From Mobula hypostoma (lineage: Eukaryota): a stretch of DNA of 64,000 nucleotides. Both the position numbers and the translations under genes were made by a program. Of the stretch, positions 34,901 to 47,179 are shown piece after piece. Every line of letters starts with the position of its first letter. The first letter of the stretch is position 1. The notes under the pieces were generated by a model. That model had not been told where the DNA came from, did not search any database, and saw only the letters and a list, made by a program, of their open reading frames with translations. The stretch covers positions 122,824,001 to 122,888,000 of the forward strand of contig NC_086097.1 in the NCBI RefSeq assembly GCF_963921235.1, written 5' to 3'.

Positions 34901-37577
34901 AAGCTCCGGTATCTCTAAGTATTTTTATTGGTACAGGATTGGATCCCTCTTTCAAGGATACAAATACTTTGGTTATAAAATGTTCATATCCCTCTTAACT
35001 TGGTCCGACCCTGACAAAACTTCATTTGTATTTATCAAACTCTGTGGATTTACATGCTTTTCAATATGCTGCACACAAGCATCTGGGATGGCTTCCTTCT
35101 CTTTCTTTTTCAATTGAAAACAGTTAGCTATTACATGTCCAGATTTCTTACAAAAATTTCTTTACTTCACATGTCTCCCTTCATCCTTACCTTTCTCACT
35201 AACTTCAGATTTAATTTCTGGTTTACCTTGACTCTCTGTGCTATTTTTCCTTTTAAAAATCCTACCTGGAGAAAATTTATTCTTATGAATTAAAGCATAC
35301 TCATCAGCTAATTTGGCAATCTCCAGCAATGTAGCAGTGTCCCTTCCATTTAAGTATGGCCTCACTTCAACAGGAATGCTCCTTTTAAATTCCTCTAGTA
35401 AAATCAACTCTTTTAATTTATTATACTCTCCATTCACATTTTTAGAGGAAACCCATCTCTCAAAACAAACAGGTTTCTCTTAGGCAAATTCCACGTAAGT
35501 TTTTTCCACAGATTTCTTCAAATTTCTGAATCTTTCTCTAACAAACCGCTAAACTCAGTACTAGTTCTTAAAGCAGTAAATGCGAAACAGTCTTAAAATG
35601 GTAAATTCAAACAAAGTTCTTCGAATGGTAAATTTGAAAGTCCAAGAGATTTACGCAGTCAATTAGGAGAGACTTTCCTGAAGTAAAGAATTCCTTGAAG
35701 ACACGACATCACTGCCAATCCCAGCCAGATCCTGCCTTGTCCGCAGGATTCACGACGATGGAAATAAAACGGTTTAAAGGCACTGACCTTTCTTTCTGGA
35801 TAATAGATACTGCACAGCCTTTTCTGCTGCTTTTAGCAGAGGCTATCTCATGCAGATCACTCTTACTTGGACGTATTCAATAATGGTCGATTCTCCCCCA
35901 AACCATCGAAAAACTCCTTCAGGTTCCCGTCTTCACTCTCCAATATTACTGAAAAGGTACATCAATAAATCTGGCAGCTATTGGTGAAACTGTCAGCCCA
36001 ACACTTCTGTACCTTACAATAGAAAGTAAAACTCTGTTTTAAAACTAAACTGCATCATGAGATTAATAAGAAGCGTAACGGAGTATTTGACTGACGATCT
36101 AACCGAAAACTAACTGCGTCACCAGGGGTCTACACTTATATACCTGGTGAGAACAGGTCATCACGTGATCTCACATCGGTGGGAAAGTTATATCATGTGA
36201 CCTCCGCAAGAGCATTACTTCATCCTCACAAGACAGTCAGAAGATATCCATGAAGAATGTAACAATATGGGCTTCAGTAAGGCCTTTGACAAAGTTCCAC
36301 ATGGAAGGTTAGTTAGGAAGGTTCAATCGTGAGGTACTAATATTGAAGTAGTAAAATGGATTCAGCAGAGGCTGGATGGGAGATGCCAGAGAGTAGTGGT
36401 GCATAACTGTTTGTCAGATTGGAGGCCGGTGACTAGTGGTGCACCACAGGGATCTGTACTGGATCCAATGTTGTTTGCCATACACATTAATGCTCTGGAT
36501 GATGGGGTGGTAAATTGGATTAGTAAGTATGCAGATGATACTAAGATAGGTGGTGTTGTGGATAATGAAGTAGGTTTTCCAAGCTTGCAGAGAGATTTAG
36601 GCCATTTAGAAGAGAAGGCTGAAAGATGGCAGATGGAGTTTAACGCTGATAGATGTGAGGCGCTACATTTTGGTAGGACTAATCAAAATAGGACATACAT
36701 GGTAAATGGTAGGGCATTAAAGAATGCAGTAGAACAGAGGGATCTAGGAATAATGGTGCATAGTTCTCTGAAGGTGGAATCTCATGTGGATAGGGTGGTG
36801 AAGAAAGCTTTTGGTATGCTGGCCTTTATTAATCAGAGCATTGAGTATAGGAGTTGGGATGTAATGTTAAAATTGTACAAGGCATTGGTAAGGCCAAATT
36901 TGGAGTATTATGTACAGTTTTGGTCACTGAATTATAGGAAAGATGTCAACAAAATAGAGAGAGTACAGAGGAGATTTAGAATGTTACCTGGATTTCAGGA
37001 CCTAAGTTAAGGAGAAAGGTTGAACAAATTTGGTCTTTATTCTTTGGAGCGTAGAAGGTTGAGGGGGGGACTTAACAGAGGTATTTAAAAATATGAGGGG
37101 GATAGATAGAGTTGACATGGATAGGCTTTTTCCATTGAGAGTAGGGGAGATTCAAACAAGAGGACATGAGTTGAGAGTTAGGGGGCAAAAGTTGAGAGGT
37201 AATATGAGGGGGAACTTCTTTACTCAGAGAGTAGTGGCTGTGTGGAACGAGCTTCCAGCAGAAGTGGTAGAGGCAGGTTCGATATTGTCATTTCAAATAA
37301 AATTAGATAGCTATATAGACAGGAAAGGAATGGAGGGTTATAGGCTGAGTGCAGGTCAGTGGGACTAAGTGAGAGTAAGCGTTCGGCATGGACTAGAAGG
37401 ACCAAGATGGCCTGTTTCCATGCTGTAATTGTTATATGGTTATAAGCTCCTTCCTCTCACATTAAACCTCTGCAGTCTTGTTTGCAATATCCCCACCATG
37501 GGGGAAAGATCTTTACTATCCTATGCACAGGTTGTCTCTCATAATCTTATAACCCAGTTAGGTCAGCCTTAAACACA

Positions 37578-38285
37578 GGAAAGTCTTCAGATGCAAGAAA
37601 TCCAAAGCAACACATGCAACATGCTGGAGGAACACAGCATCTATGGATGTGAATAAATAGCCAACATTTCGGTTCGAGACCCTTCGCCAGGACTGAGAAG
37701 GAAGGGGGAAGATGCCAGATTAAAACGGTGGGGGAAGGGGAAGGAAGCAAGCTGGAAGGTGATAGGTGAAGTCAGTTGGGTGAGGAAGGTCAAGGGCTAG
37801 AGAGGAAGGAATGTGATATGAGAGGGGAATGAACCATAGGAGAAAGATAACAAGGAGGGGACCCAAGGTGGAGTAATAGGCAGGTGAGAAAAGGTAGAAG
37901 GTCTGAGTGGGGAATAGAGGAAGAGGAAGGGGGAACATGTATTTAACCGAAGGAGAAATCAGTACTCATATCATCAAGCTGGAGGCTACCCAGATGGAAT
38001 ATAAGGTGTTGTTGTGCCACCTTGAGAATGGCCTCATCTTGGCACAAGAGGCAGCCATGGACCTACACATAGGAACAGGAAGTGGAATTAAAATGTTTGA
38101 TCACCAGGAAGTCCCGCTTGTGGTAGATGGTGCGGAAGTTCTCCCGATGTACCATGGGTCTCACAAATGTAGGAGAGGCCATATCGGGAGCACTGGGCAT
38201 AATAGACAACCCCAGCAGATTCCCAGGAGAAGTGTTGCCTTACCTGGAAGGACTGACTGGGGCCCTGAATGGAGGTGAGGGACAG
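37578..38285 (-). mobile_element. Penelope-like element 3' fragment (GIY-YIG plus terminal repeat with mutated hammerhead)
   Basis: Minus strand ..GVVYYAQCSRYGLSYICET.. and QHLIFHLGSLQLDDMSTDF; core CTGGCGA-aggg tctcga acc-GAAA at ~37660-37695. Confidence 0.8.
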
Positions 38286-38412
38286 AGGAATCAGCCTTAG
38301 CCTCCTTCAGTCCAAGGAACACGTCTAGCCTATCCAATTTCTCCTGATAATTAAAGTCCTTCTTTATTTTTGTAACTTGTAGCAACTTTATGCCACAAAA
38401 CAACAAACTTTG

Positions 38413-38415
<3 letters not shown>

Positions 38416-38446
<31 letters not shown>
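38416..38446. repeat. (AT)n microsatellite
   Basis: Pure TA run. Confidence 0.95.
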
Positions 38447-38449
<3 letters not shown>

Positions 38450-38579
38450 TGATAATAAGTCTGATTCTGATTCTGAGAGCTTTGATGAGCATGGAACAAA
38501 AGCAATGATCTAATTCGGTCTAACAACGTAAGACATCTTCTTTTTTCTTTCCAACATTAAGCAACAGCTCAGCCATCAT

Positions 38580-39310
38580 CTTTAGATACAACATTGAGTC
38601 ATGTCATCTGCAGAAATTCTCTGATGACTCACAATAGCTGGCAGTATAAAGGGAGGGCAGGAGGATGAATACAGGGCTCTGGAGGAGGACTTTTTCAAAT
38701 AATGCAAACTGAATCATCTGCAGCTCAACATCAATGAGAGTAAGGAGATTGTGATGGTCTTTAAGAAGACTAAGCCTGCATTGCTCCCTGTTACTATTGA
38801 TGATAAGGACCTACAAGTCCCTTGAGGGGCACCTGGATGACAGACTTGACTAGAGCACCAACACAGAGTCTGTGTACAAGAAGGGCCAGAGTCGCCTCTA
38901 CTTCCTGAAGAGACTGAGGTCCTTCAGAGTATGCCGGCCTCTCCTTCACATGTCTACCAGTTTGTTGTTTCCAGTACAATCTTCTATGCGGTGATGTGTT
39001 GGGGCATGGCATTGAGACGGGTTATGCCAACACCACCTTGGCTGAACAGAGAAGCACTCTCAGTAAAAGACTAAGACAACTGCACTGCTCCAAAGAGCGC
39101 TGTATGAGGTCATTCTTACCCTCGGCCATTAGACTCTATAATGAGTCAACCTATAGCCGGGGAAGTGAAGACACCCTCCTGTTTGACTGTTTGTGGTAAC
39201 TTACTTTTTATTCTTTCCAATTCTCTTCTGATATTTATATCCGTGCACTTGTAATGCTACTGTGACATTGGACTTTCCTTTGGGATCAATAAAGTATCCA
39301 TCTAGCTTTC
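38580..39310 (+). mobile_element. Rex1/Babar-like LINE 3' part
   Basis: HLQKFSDDS..NHLQLNI..KKGQSRLYFLKRLRSF..RSFLPSAIRLYN; AATAAA plus short tandem tail. Confidence 0.75.
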
Positions 39311-39793
39311 TATCTTCTCCAGGCATCACATTCTTTGTGAATCTATGGTTACACATTTTTCCTCAAACACAAAAGTTAGAGTTCAGTCTGTGTCGCATAA
39401 TTAAGAAATATCATTATTTACAATGTAAACAACATGATAAAAAGTGGTTTAAAGTGTTTACAGTGACATGACTAGGCTAATAGATAGAGGGGGTGGGGGA
39501 GGTAACTTGAATGGTTGATCAGATTAACTGGCTGGGGGAAGAAACTTTTAAAATGTCATGGGATTTGTTTCAATAGCCCTATAGCACTTTCCAGAAGGAA
39601 GCTATAGTGCTACATGTGCTATATAGTACTAGATATAGTTTCTTTAGTAGTTTCCATACACTTTATTCCTGCCAGATCTGAATATTTAGAATTTTACTCA
39701 GAGCTGCAATGCTGCTGATAATGCTTCCTACATTTCATCACAGAATTATTTTAGGTATTTATTTGTTAAAAGATCATTCTTTTCTCATTTCAG

Positions 39794-39843
39794 AGGCTTT
39801 CTGGTGGTTTGATAACTTTTGAATCAATTAACCAAAGGCAGAG
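39794..39843 (+). CDS. Candidate internal exon of host gene (phase 0-2)
   Basis: Acceptor ttttctcatttcag, donor GAG|gttggt. Only open frame RLSGGLITFESINQRQ. Confidence 0.45.
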
Positions 39844-40359
39844 GTTGGTACCACTTTGCTGTGTGGGTGGGTAATTCAAAAGGGTGGATTGAACCTAAAC
39901 AATTACATATCACAATTTGCTTGGTTCCAAACGTTTTAGCAAGAGGGCAGCTGTCAGTAAGGATTGATATCTATCTCAGAACAACTACCTTTTGCAACCA
40001 AAGAAAGACTAACACAAACTCTGATTTAGCAGGGGGCCATTTCAGTCCATCGAGTCTAAGTTGCTCACACAGTAATTCAATTCCACCACAAACTATTCTC
40101 TCCACGTTGTCATCAACTCGTTCCAGATTCTACTGTTCACCTACACACTGGGAGTAACTTTCTGTGGCCAATTAACTTAGCATCTCGTGCGATTTTAGGA
40201 GATGGGAGGAAATTGGAGCACATGGAGGAATACTATGCAGTCACAAGCAAAATGTGCAATTTCACATAGATGAAGTCAGAGGTTATGACTAAACTCAGGT
40301 CACTAGATTTGTGAGGAAATGATTCCAATAGCCATAGGATTTAAGAGATTAATGTCTAA

Positions 40360-41045
40360 CATAAGACATTGGAGCAGAATTAGGCCAGTCATCTCATTGA
40401 GTCTGCTCCACCATTTTGTCTTGGTTGATTTATTATCCCTCTCAACCCCATTCTCCTGCCTTCACCTTCGATGCCCCTATTTTTATGAACCTATGTATCT
40501 CTACTTTAAGTATACTCAGTATATCCAAGGCCATCTGCGACAATGAATTGCACAGATTCACCACCTTCTATCCAAAGAAATTCCTCCTAATCTCTGTTGT
40601 AAAGGAGTATCCTTGAGTGTGTGCCCGCTTGTCCTAGACTTCCCTACTATAGGAAATATCCTTTCTACGTCCACTTTATCTAGGGCTTTCAATATTCAAT
40701 AGGTTTAAATGAGATGCCACACTCCCCACCTCATTTTTCTAAACTTCAGTGAGTACAGGCTCAGAGCCATAGTAACCTTTCCATTCCAGGAATTATGAAC
40801 CTCCGCTGGACCTTCACCAATGCCAGCTTGTCCTTTCTTAGATAAGGGACCAAAAATTGCTCACAGTACTCTAAATGTGGTCTGACCGATGTTTTATTAA
40901 ACCTCAGCTTTATATCCTTGCTTTTATACTCTAGCTTTCTCAAACTGAGTGCTAACATCGCATCTGCCTTCCTTACAACTCAACTCAACCTGCAAGTCAA
41001 CCTTCAGGGAATCCTGCATTAGGACTCCGACGTCCCTTTGCACTG
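40360..41045 (-). mobile_element. CR1 LINE 3' fragment
   Basis: ORF 40761-40958 VRPHLEYCEQF..VQRRF; CR1 tail. Confidence 0.85.
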
Positions 41046-41359
41046 CACCCCTGATTTATGAATTTGCTCTCCATTTAGAAAATAGTCACAAATTGTTCCA
41101 GCTGCTACCACCTGGGAAACGGTACCGCAGAGTAAAAGCCAGGACCAACAGGCTCCGGGACAGCTTCTTCCACCATGCCATCTGACTGCTCTGTTCATGC
41201 TGATGCAACTGTATTTCTGTATTATATTGTATTGTATATAATATTTATTATAAATTACTATAAACAGAACATTGTTCATTTAGATGAAGACTTAACATAA
41301 AGGTTTTTACTCCTCATGTATATGAAGGATGTAAGTAATAAAGTCAATTTAATTCAGAT

Positions 41360-41640
41360 TATCCGTGAGGTAGGTGACTTGGTGAGGAAGGTGAGAGCAG
41401 CGGCAATTTAGCTGTAGTTTCTAATGAACCGGCAATAGAAGTTGGAGAAGGCCAAGAAGCGTTGCATCTACAGCACGCACTTTCACTGGTCCACGGTTAT
41501 TCCTTTGGGAGCAAGGATATAACCCAGGAAGGAAATGACTGGAGTGTAGAATTGGTATTTCAGTAACTTGCAGTACCGTTAGCTTTCAAGGAGACGCTGA
41601 AGAACTTAATGGACGTGGCAGATGTGGCATTGACGGTTGA
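41360..41640 (-). mobile_element. Gypsy RT relic
   Basis: Minus strand HVH*VLQRLLES..YCKL..VISFLGYIL-like RT C-terminal motifs, heavily mutated. Confidence 0.55.
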
Positions 41641-43847
41641 CGCCGGCTGGTTCGATGGGGGAATACGGGTGGATAAGAGCTGGGTTTAAATTAGCTGCAG
41701 GTGATGAGTTGGAAATGAGTGGCAGGTGACTTGTGGTAGCTGGATGAAGACTGGCAGCTGTTTGACTGTCCAGGCCTGACATTGGGATTAGTGAACTGTT
41801 CGTGGGTGTGGGTGTGAGGGAAGAATGGGGCTTGTTTTACTCTTGTTGTTTTGCTGCTTGTTGTGTTCCGTATTGATCTATCAAATATTGTGGGCACACA
41901 ATGTTGGTACCATAATGTGTGGCGACACCTGCGGGCTGCCCCTAATATGCCCTTGAGTGTGTTAGTTGTTAAAACAAACAGCATAATTCACCATATGCTT
42001 TAATGTACACACATTAAATAAACTTGGATCTTGAATCAGATAAATTGCTGCTTACCTATCATCTGATCATGCTGTTGGGTGGCTGAGGTCACTTGTATTG
42101 TGACTCTGAGCCAGACAATGTCAAATGAGCTCCAGAGATCCTCTCGGATATTTTTGCCTTGGTATCAAGGATTCCTTGTGACTTGAGGAAGAAACTAAGA
42201 AAACTAACAAAAGAGATATTTTAATTCTTCACTGTACATCCAATCAGGCTACATCTTAGCTATTCATTTCATTCAAGGCATAAAAACAAGAGAAATATAA
42301 ACAGGAATAGTCATCAGTAATGGGATAGCTTCATTCATCTCAATCCTGAACTGATTCCACAACCAGTGGACTCACTTTCAAGAAATGGACAGCTCATGTT
42401 TTCTGTACTATTTATTTAGTTACTTATTTTCTGTATTTGCATAGTTTGTCTTCTTTTGCACACTGTTTGTTTGTCAGTCTTTGTGTGTAGTTTTCATTGC
42501 TTCTATTGTATTTCTTTGCTTTAATCTGAATGCCTGCAAGAAGATGAATCTCAAGACTTTTACTGAGGTGGAGTTTCTGGGGGCAATTTGAAAGGCACAG
42601 GATAGCTACATCCCAATATTGAACTATTCTAAATGGCAGATGTGGCAACTCTGGCTGCCAAGGGAAGTCAAAGACAGCATAAATGGAATAGAGAGGGCAC
42701 ATGATATAGCAAAATTTGTGGGAAGTTAGGGGACAGGGAGGCTTTTAAGAACCAAGTGAAGGTAAGCAAAAAGCTATAAAGAGTGAAATGATGCAGGTAA
42801 GCTAGCCGATAGTGGAATAGAGGATGCAAAAGAGGATATATTTCAGATATATTAAGAGTAAAAGAATGGATATTGGACTATTGGAGAGGAAGTAATGGGG
42901 ACAACAAACATAAGAAAGTATTTTGTGTCAGTATCCACTGTGGTAGACACTAGCAGTATACCAGAAACTCAGTGGAATAGCAGGCCCATCCAACCCAACA
43001 AGCCCATGTCACCAAATTATACTGATGTGACTAATTAACCTAGTAACTCGTATGGCTTTGGAAAGTGGGAGGATACTGGAGCACCTTTAGGAAACCCATG
43101 CGGTCATGGGAAGAATGTACAATCTCTGTAGAGGCAGCAGTGGTAATGCAAATGATGCATTTCACTGTATGCACATATGGTAAATAAATCTGAATTTGAA
43201 TCTGAACTTACTGAGGCAGGCCTCATTCGTTGGCCATCAATTTTTTTTTCTTAAGAATAAACTATAAGGATTATAAATGTGGCATTTATTGACTACTTTT
43301 TGTAGAATTTTACAATGACGCCAGTTATTTACAAAATTGACAGCCTGTGAGTTGGGAGCAGGGCCTTTCTGCCTGCTAAGGCCGTTCAGAGACAGAGCTG
43401 CCCACTGATATTTGGCAATGCCCATTACAGGGAGCTGGGTTCCCACTGGAAGTGTTTGCAAAGGGTAGTTGCTGACCATAGTAGGTTCCAAGGGGCTTGT
43501 AAGTAGCGAGCTCAGACAGCTCGCTGGAAGATTCAACACTATGCACATCACATTTAAACAGTCAAGCAGCACAGTAGAGCAATCTAAATCTTTTATAGCT
43601 GATAGTGCTCATAATAATGATCTTGGTCAGAGATTTTAAGGCACTTCAATGTTGTTTTGTGAATATAGAGTGTAAAAGCAAACTTGAGCTGAAATTTATT
43701 ACCATTCCTTGAAATTGAGCAAAGTTTCACTGATTTGCATGGTATTCAGCTAAGGAAAAACAGCTTTTACAGAGACAAAAGTTCTTTAAGGATCAAGGAT
43801 CAACTTTATTCACAATATATATGTTAAGATGCTCTGAGAAAGGAATG

Positions 43848-45032
43848 TACACTTAATGGCCAGGTTATACAGGAGGTATTTAATAAACTGGCCACTGAGT
43901 GTATGTTTGTGGTCTTCTGCCTCTGTAGCCCATCCACTTCAAAGTTAAATCTGTAGTCCATCCAGAGATGTTGTTCTGAACACTACTGTTGTAACACATG
44001 GTTATCTGAGTTACTGCCGCCTTCTTGTAAGCTTGAACCGGTCTGGCTACTGTCTTCTGACTTCTCTCATTAACAAGGCATTTTCACCCACAGAACTGCT
44101 ACTCACGTGATCTTTACTGTTCATTGCACCATTCTCTGTAAATTCTGGAAACTGTTGTGCGTGAAAATGCCAGATCAATAACATTCAGACATATTCAAAT
44201 GTCAGTCACCAACATTCAGTCCCTGGTCAAAGTCACTTAGATCACATTTCTTCCCCATTCTGATGTCTGAACAACAATTGAACCTCTTATCTGCATACTT
44301 TAATGAATTGTTTTGCTGCCACATGATTGGCTGAATAGATTAGATTAGATTATGAGGACACTCAGTTCTCGTTTATTGTCATTTAGTAATGCATGCATTT
44401 AGAAATGATACAATGTTCCTCCAGTATGATATCACAGAAACACAGGACAGACCAAGACTAAAACAGAAAAAAAACACATAATTATAACATATAGTTACAA
44501 CAGAGCAAAGCAATACCGTAATTTGATAAGGAGCAGACCATGGGCAAGGTATAAAAAGGTCTCAAAGTCCCGATAGCCCATCATGTCACGCAGACGGTAG
44601 AAGGGAGAAACTCTCCCTGCCATGAACCTCCAGCGCCTCAAACTTGCCGATGCAGCACCCTGGAAGCACCCAAACTCAGCCAACTCTGAGTCCGTCCGAA
44701 AACTTCAAGCCTCCAACCAGCCCTCCGACACTGAGCACCCAGCGCTTTGACCCCACCCCGGCCGCCGAGCAACAAGCAAAGCCTTCTCCTCCCGAGATTC
44801 TGGATCACACAGTAGCAGCGGCAGTGAAACAGGCATTTCAGAAGTTTCACCAGATGTTCCTCCGTACTCTCACGTCCGTCTCCATCAAATCAGGATTGTG
44901 CACGGCACCCTACTTGACAGATAACAGATATTCATCACCGGAGTGGCTGCTGCGGTGAGATTTACATTAATTAGATATTTGCATTAACGAGCAACTGTAT
45001 ATGTGTCACTAATAAAATGCCCATTGAGTGTA
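43848..45032. mobile_element. Tc1/mariner-like non-autonomous element, interrupted by a retro-insertion
   Basis: Termini TACACT(T/C)A(A/G)TGGCCA..TAATAAA..CCA(C/T)TGAGTGTA. Same family at ~52088-52680 and ~59340-59983, fragment at ~22190-22370. Confidence 0.65.
44340..44957 (-). mobile_element. Non-coding SINE-like retroelement with (AATCT)n tail
   Basis: Interrupts the Tc1-like host at GGCTGA(A/T)TAGAT|ATTTGC; AATAAA followed by tandem tail on the minus strand; no credible ORF. Confidence 0.55.
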
Positions 45033-45572
45033 TTTATTCTCTCTAATTTTGCACTACTTACACGATGAGCACTAGAGCACTGGGGAGTGCAAGAGGACAG
45101 AGGGATCAGGGAATACAGATCCATAATTCCTTGATAATGGCGTCACAGGTAGATAAGGTCATAAAGAAAACTTTTGGCACAATGATCTTCATTAATCAAG
45201 TTATTGAGTACAGGAGTTGGAATGCCTTTTGTGCACTTTTGGTCACCTACCTACAGGAAAGATATCAATATGATTGAAAGTGTCCAGAGTAAATTTTCAA
45301 GGATGTTGCCGGGACTTGAGGGTCTGAGTTATAGGAGAATATTGGATAGGTTGGAACTTTATTCCCTAGAGTGTAGAAGTTTGATGGAAGTATGAGGGGT
45401 ATAGATAGGGTAAATTCAAACAGGCTTTTTCCACTGAGGTTGGGTAAGACTATAACTAGCGGTCACAGGTTAAGGGTGAAAGGTGAAACGTACAATGGGA
45501 ACATGAGGGGAACCTTCTTCACTCAGAGGGTGGTGAGAGTCTGGAGCGAGATCCCAGCATAAGTGGTGGATG

Positions 45573-46544
45573 TGTGACAAGTTTAAAAATTGTTTAAAAA
45601 TAGTAAAAACATAAGTTAAAAGGGGCTAAAATGCTAAAAGGTATTTAAGTCATTTCACTGTTTGGTTCATTCTTTATTGTTAAAAGTTAAGCTCTAATCG
45701 TATTATCAGTGATCTACAGAGTAGCCTTGATCTTCTGGCCTGAAGTCGATTGTTTTTGTCTCCACCCACATACCCAGGAGAAAGCGCGGTTTTTTCCTCA
45801 TTTTAGTAAAGACTCTGAATGAGAAAACACCCCATCACTGTTGTGATGAATTCTCCCCACGTTTCAGGTATGTTGTCGGTAATTTACCTGTTAAAGAGGT
45901 CATGATAACTTTTTTAATATGTTTAAAGAGTCAAGAGAGTGTTTATGTAACGCTTTGACTATGTTAAGAGTAGTGGTTTGCCAAGTATATTAAAGTGTTC
46001 GTGTGAGCGAAGCCATTGCCATTTTATGTAACCACGCCGAGTGCTTTTGCCATTTGTGAGTTTACACGTGCACATCTGTAAATGTATTTTGCACAATTGT
46101 TTGGGTATTGGTTATTTAGTAACTTTATTAAGTTTGTGGGTTTACATGTGCACATCTGTAAATGTATTTTGCACAATTGTTTGGGTATTGGTTATTTAGT
46201 AACTTTATTAAGTTTGTGGGATTACATGTGCACATCTGTAAATGTATTTTGCACAATTGTTTGTGTATTGTTTACTTAGTAACTTTATTAAGTTTTGTGA
46301 GAGTTGACTGGGCTGATGCTACATAGTATTCACCAGTAACAGTAGAGAAAATGAGAACTATGTCTCAGGGAAATACTGTATAGTACTGTAATTTACAGAG
46401 GGTATGTATTCTGCTGCACCCAATTTGTTGTGAAGATATGTTTTTTGTACTTTGTGTATATTTCTGATTTTAGTAAAGACTCTGAATGAGAAAACACCCC
46501 ATCGCTGTTGTAATTAATTCCCCCCATATTTCAGGGGCGTAACA
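45573..46544. mobile_element. Solo LTR with internal repeats
   Basis: TGTGACA..GTAACA with 4-bp TSD GATG (45569-45572, 46545-46548). Confidence 0.85.
46061..46297. repeat. 80-bp tandem repeat x3
   Basis: Unit TTTACA(C/T)GTGCACATCTGTAAATGTATTTTGCACAATTGTTTGGGTATTGGTTATTTAGTAACTTTATTAAGTTTGTGGG. Confidence 0.95.
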
Positions 46545-47179
46545 GATGCAAGCTCTATTTCAATATTTAAAAGAAATTTGGATATGTACATGGATGAAAA
46601 AGGTATGGAGGGCTATGATCTGACTCCGAGTCAATGGGAGTAGGCAGATTAATGGCTCAACATGGACGAGACATGGGCCTTTACTGTGCTGTAATGTTCT
46701 ATGTTCTATGTTCAGTTTTCAATGGGGCTCCTGTAGAAAGTTTTTAGAATGGGAGTGGGGAGCCTTGCACTCCTCCATCTCCTTAGAATGTGCAGACACT
46801 ATGGTGCCTTCTTGACGAATGACGAATGGGTCTAATTCAGGTCCATTATGAGCATACCAAGGAAGTTTGTGCTCTGCCCTTTCTTGAAGTCCACAATCAT
46901 CTCTTTCGTCTTGTCCTCATTGAGGTTCAGGCTGTTGCCCTCACTCCATTTTGACAAGCCCCTCTACCTCCTCTCTGTATGCTGACTCACCATTGTTGCA
47001 GGTGAGGCCAGCCAGTGTTGTATCATCAGTGAACTTGATGCTGTTTGAGATGGATCTGGCAGGGCAGTCGTGGGTCAGCAGTGTGAACAGCGGTGGGCTG
47101 AGCACACAGCCCTGGTGGGCACCAGTGCTCTGCGTGATGGAGTTTGAGATGCTGTTGCCAACCCAAAGTGACTGTGTCC

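Larger units (their letters stand above)
27100..36264 (-). mobile_element. Gmr1-like Gypsy LTR retrotransposon (degenerate), host of two nested insertions
   Basis: TGTCACG..TGTAACA with TSD ATAT (27096-27099, 36265-36268). 3' LTR = 27100-27924 plus 31073-31120; truncated 5' LTR ~35540-36264. Minus-strand domain order SCAN (35162-35437), PR RDTGA (34743-34955), IN (33631-34276), RT (32438-32986), RH end. Confidence 0.93.
26700..37443 (+). mobile_element. CR1 LINE (RT through 3' end) split by a 9.2-kb Gypsy insertion
   Basis: Left piece 26700-27099 (PGNYRPVSLTSVVGK..VVDVVY) resumes at 36265 (xFSKAFDKVPH..VTSGAPQGSVL..KYADDTK..WNELP); ATAT TSD; GTTATATG tail. Confidence 0.93.
45065..46712 (+). 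mobile_element. CR1 LINE 3' fragment split by a solo LTR
   Basis: HFWSPTYRKDI..LYSLE; resumes after the GATG TSD; TTCTATG tail. Confidence 0.85.

Noticed and set aside
8197..39843. Faint resemblance of candidate exon peptides to CSF1/KITLG-type cytokines
   Set aside because: The similarity is only a few residues and the motif order is inconsistent; no gene symbol assigned.
44644..44958. 104-aa Pro-rich ORF
   Set aside because: Lies antisense within a SINE-like repeat; no recognisable motif.
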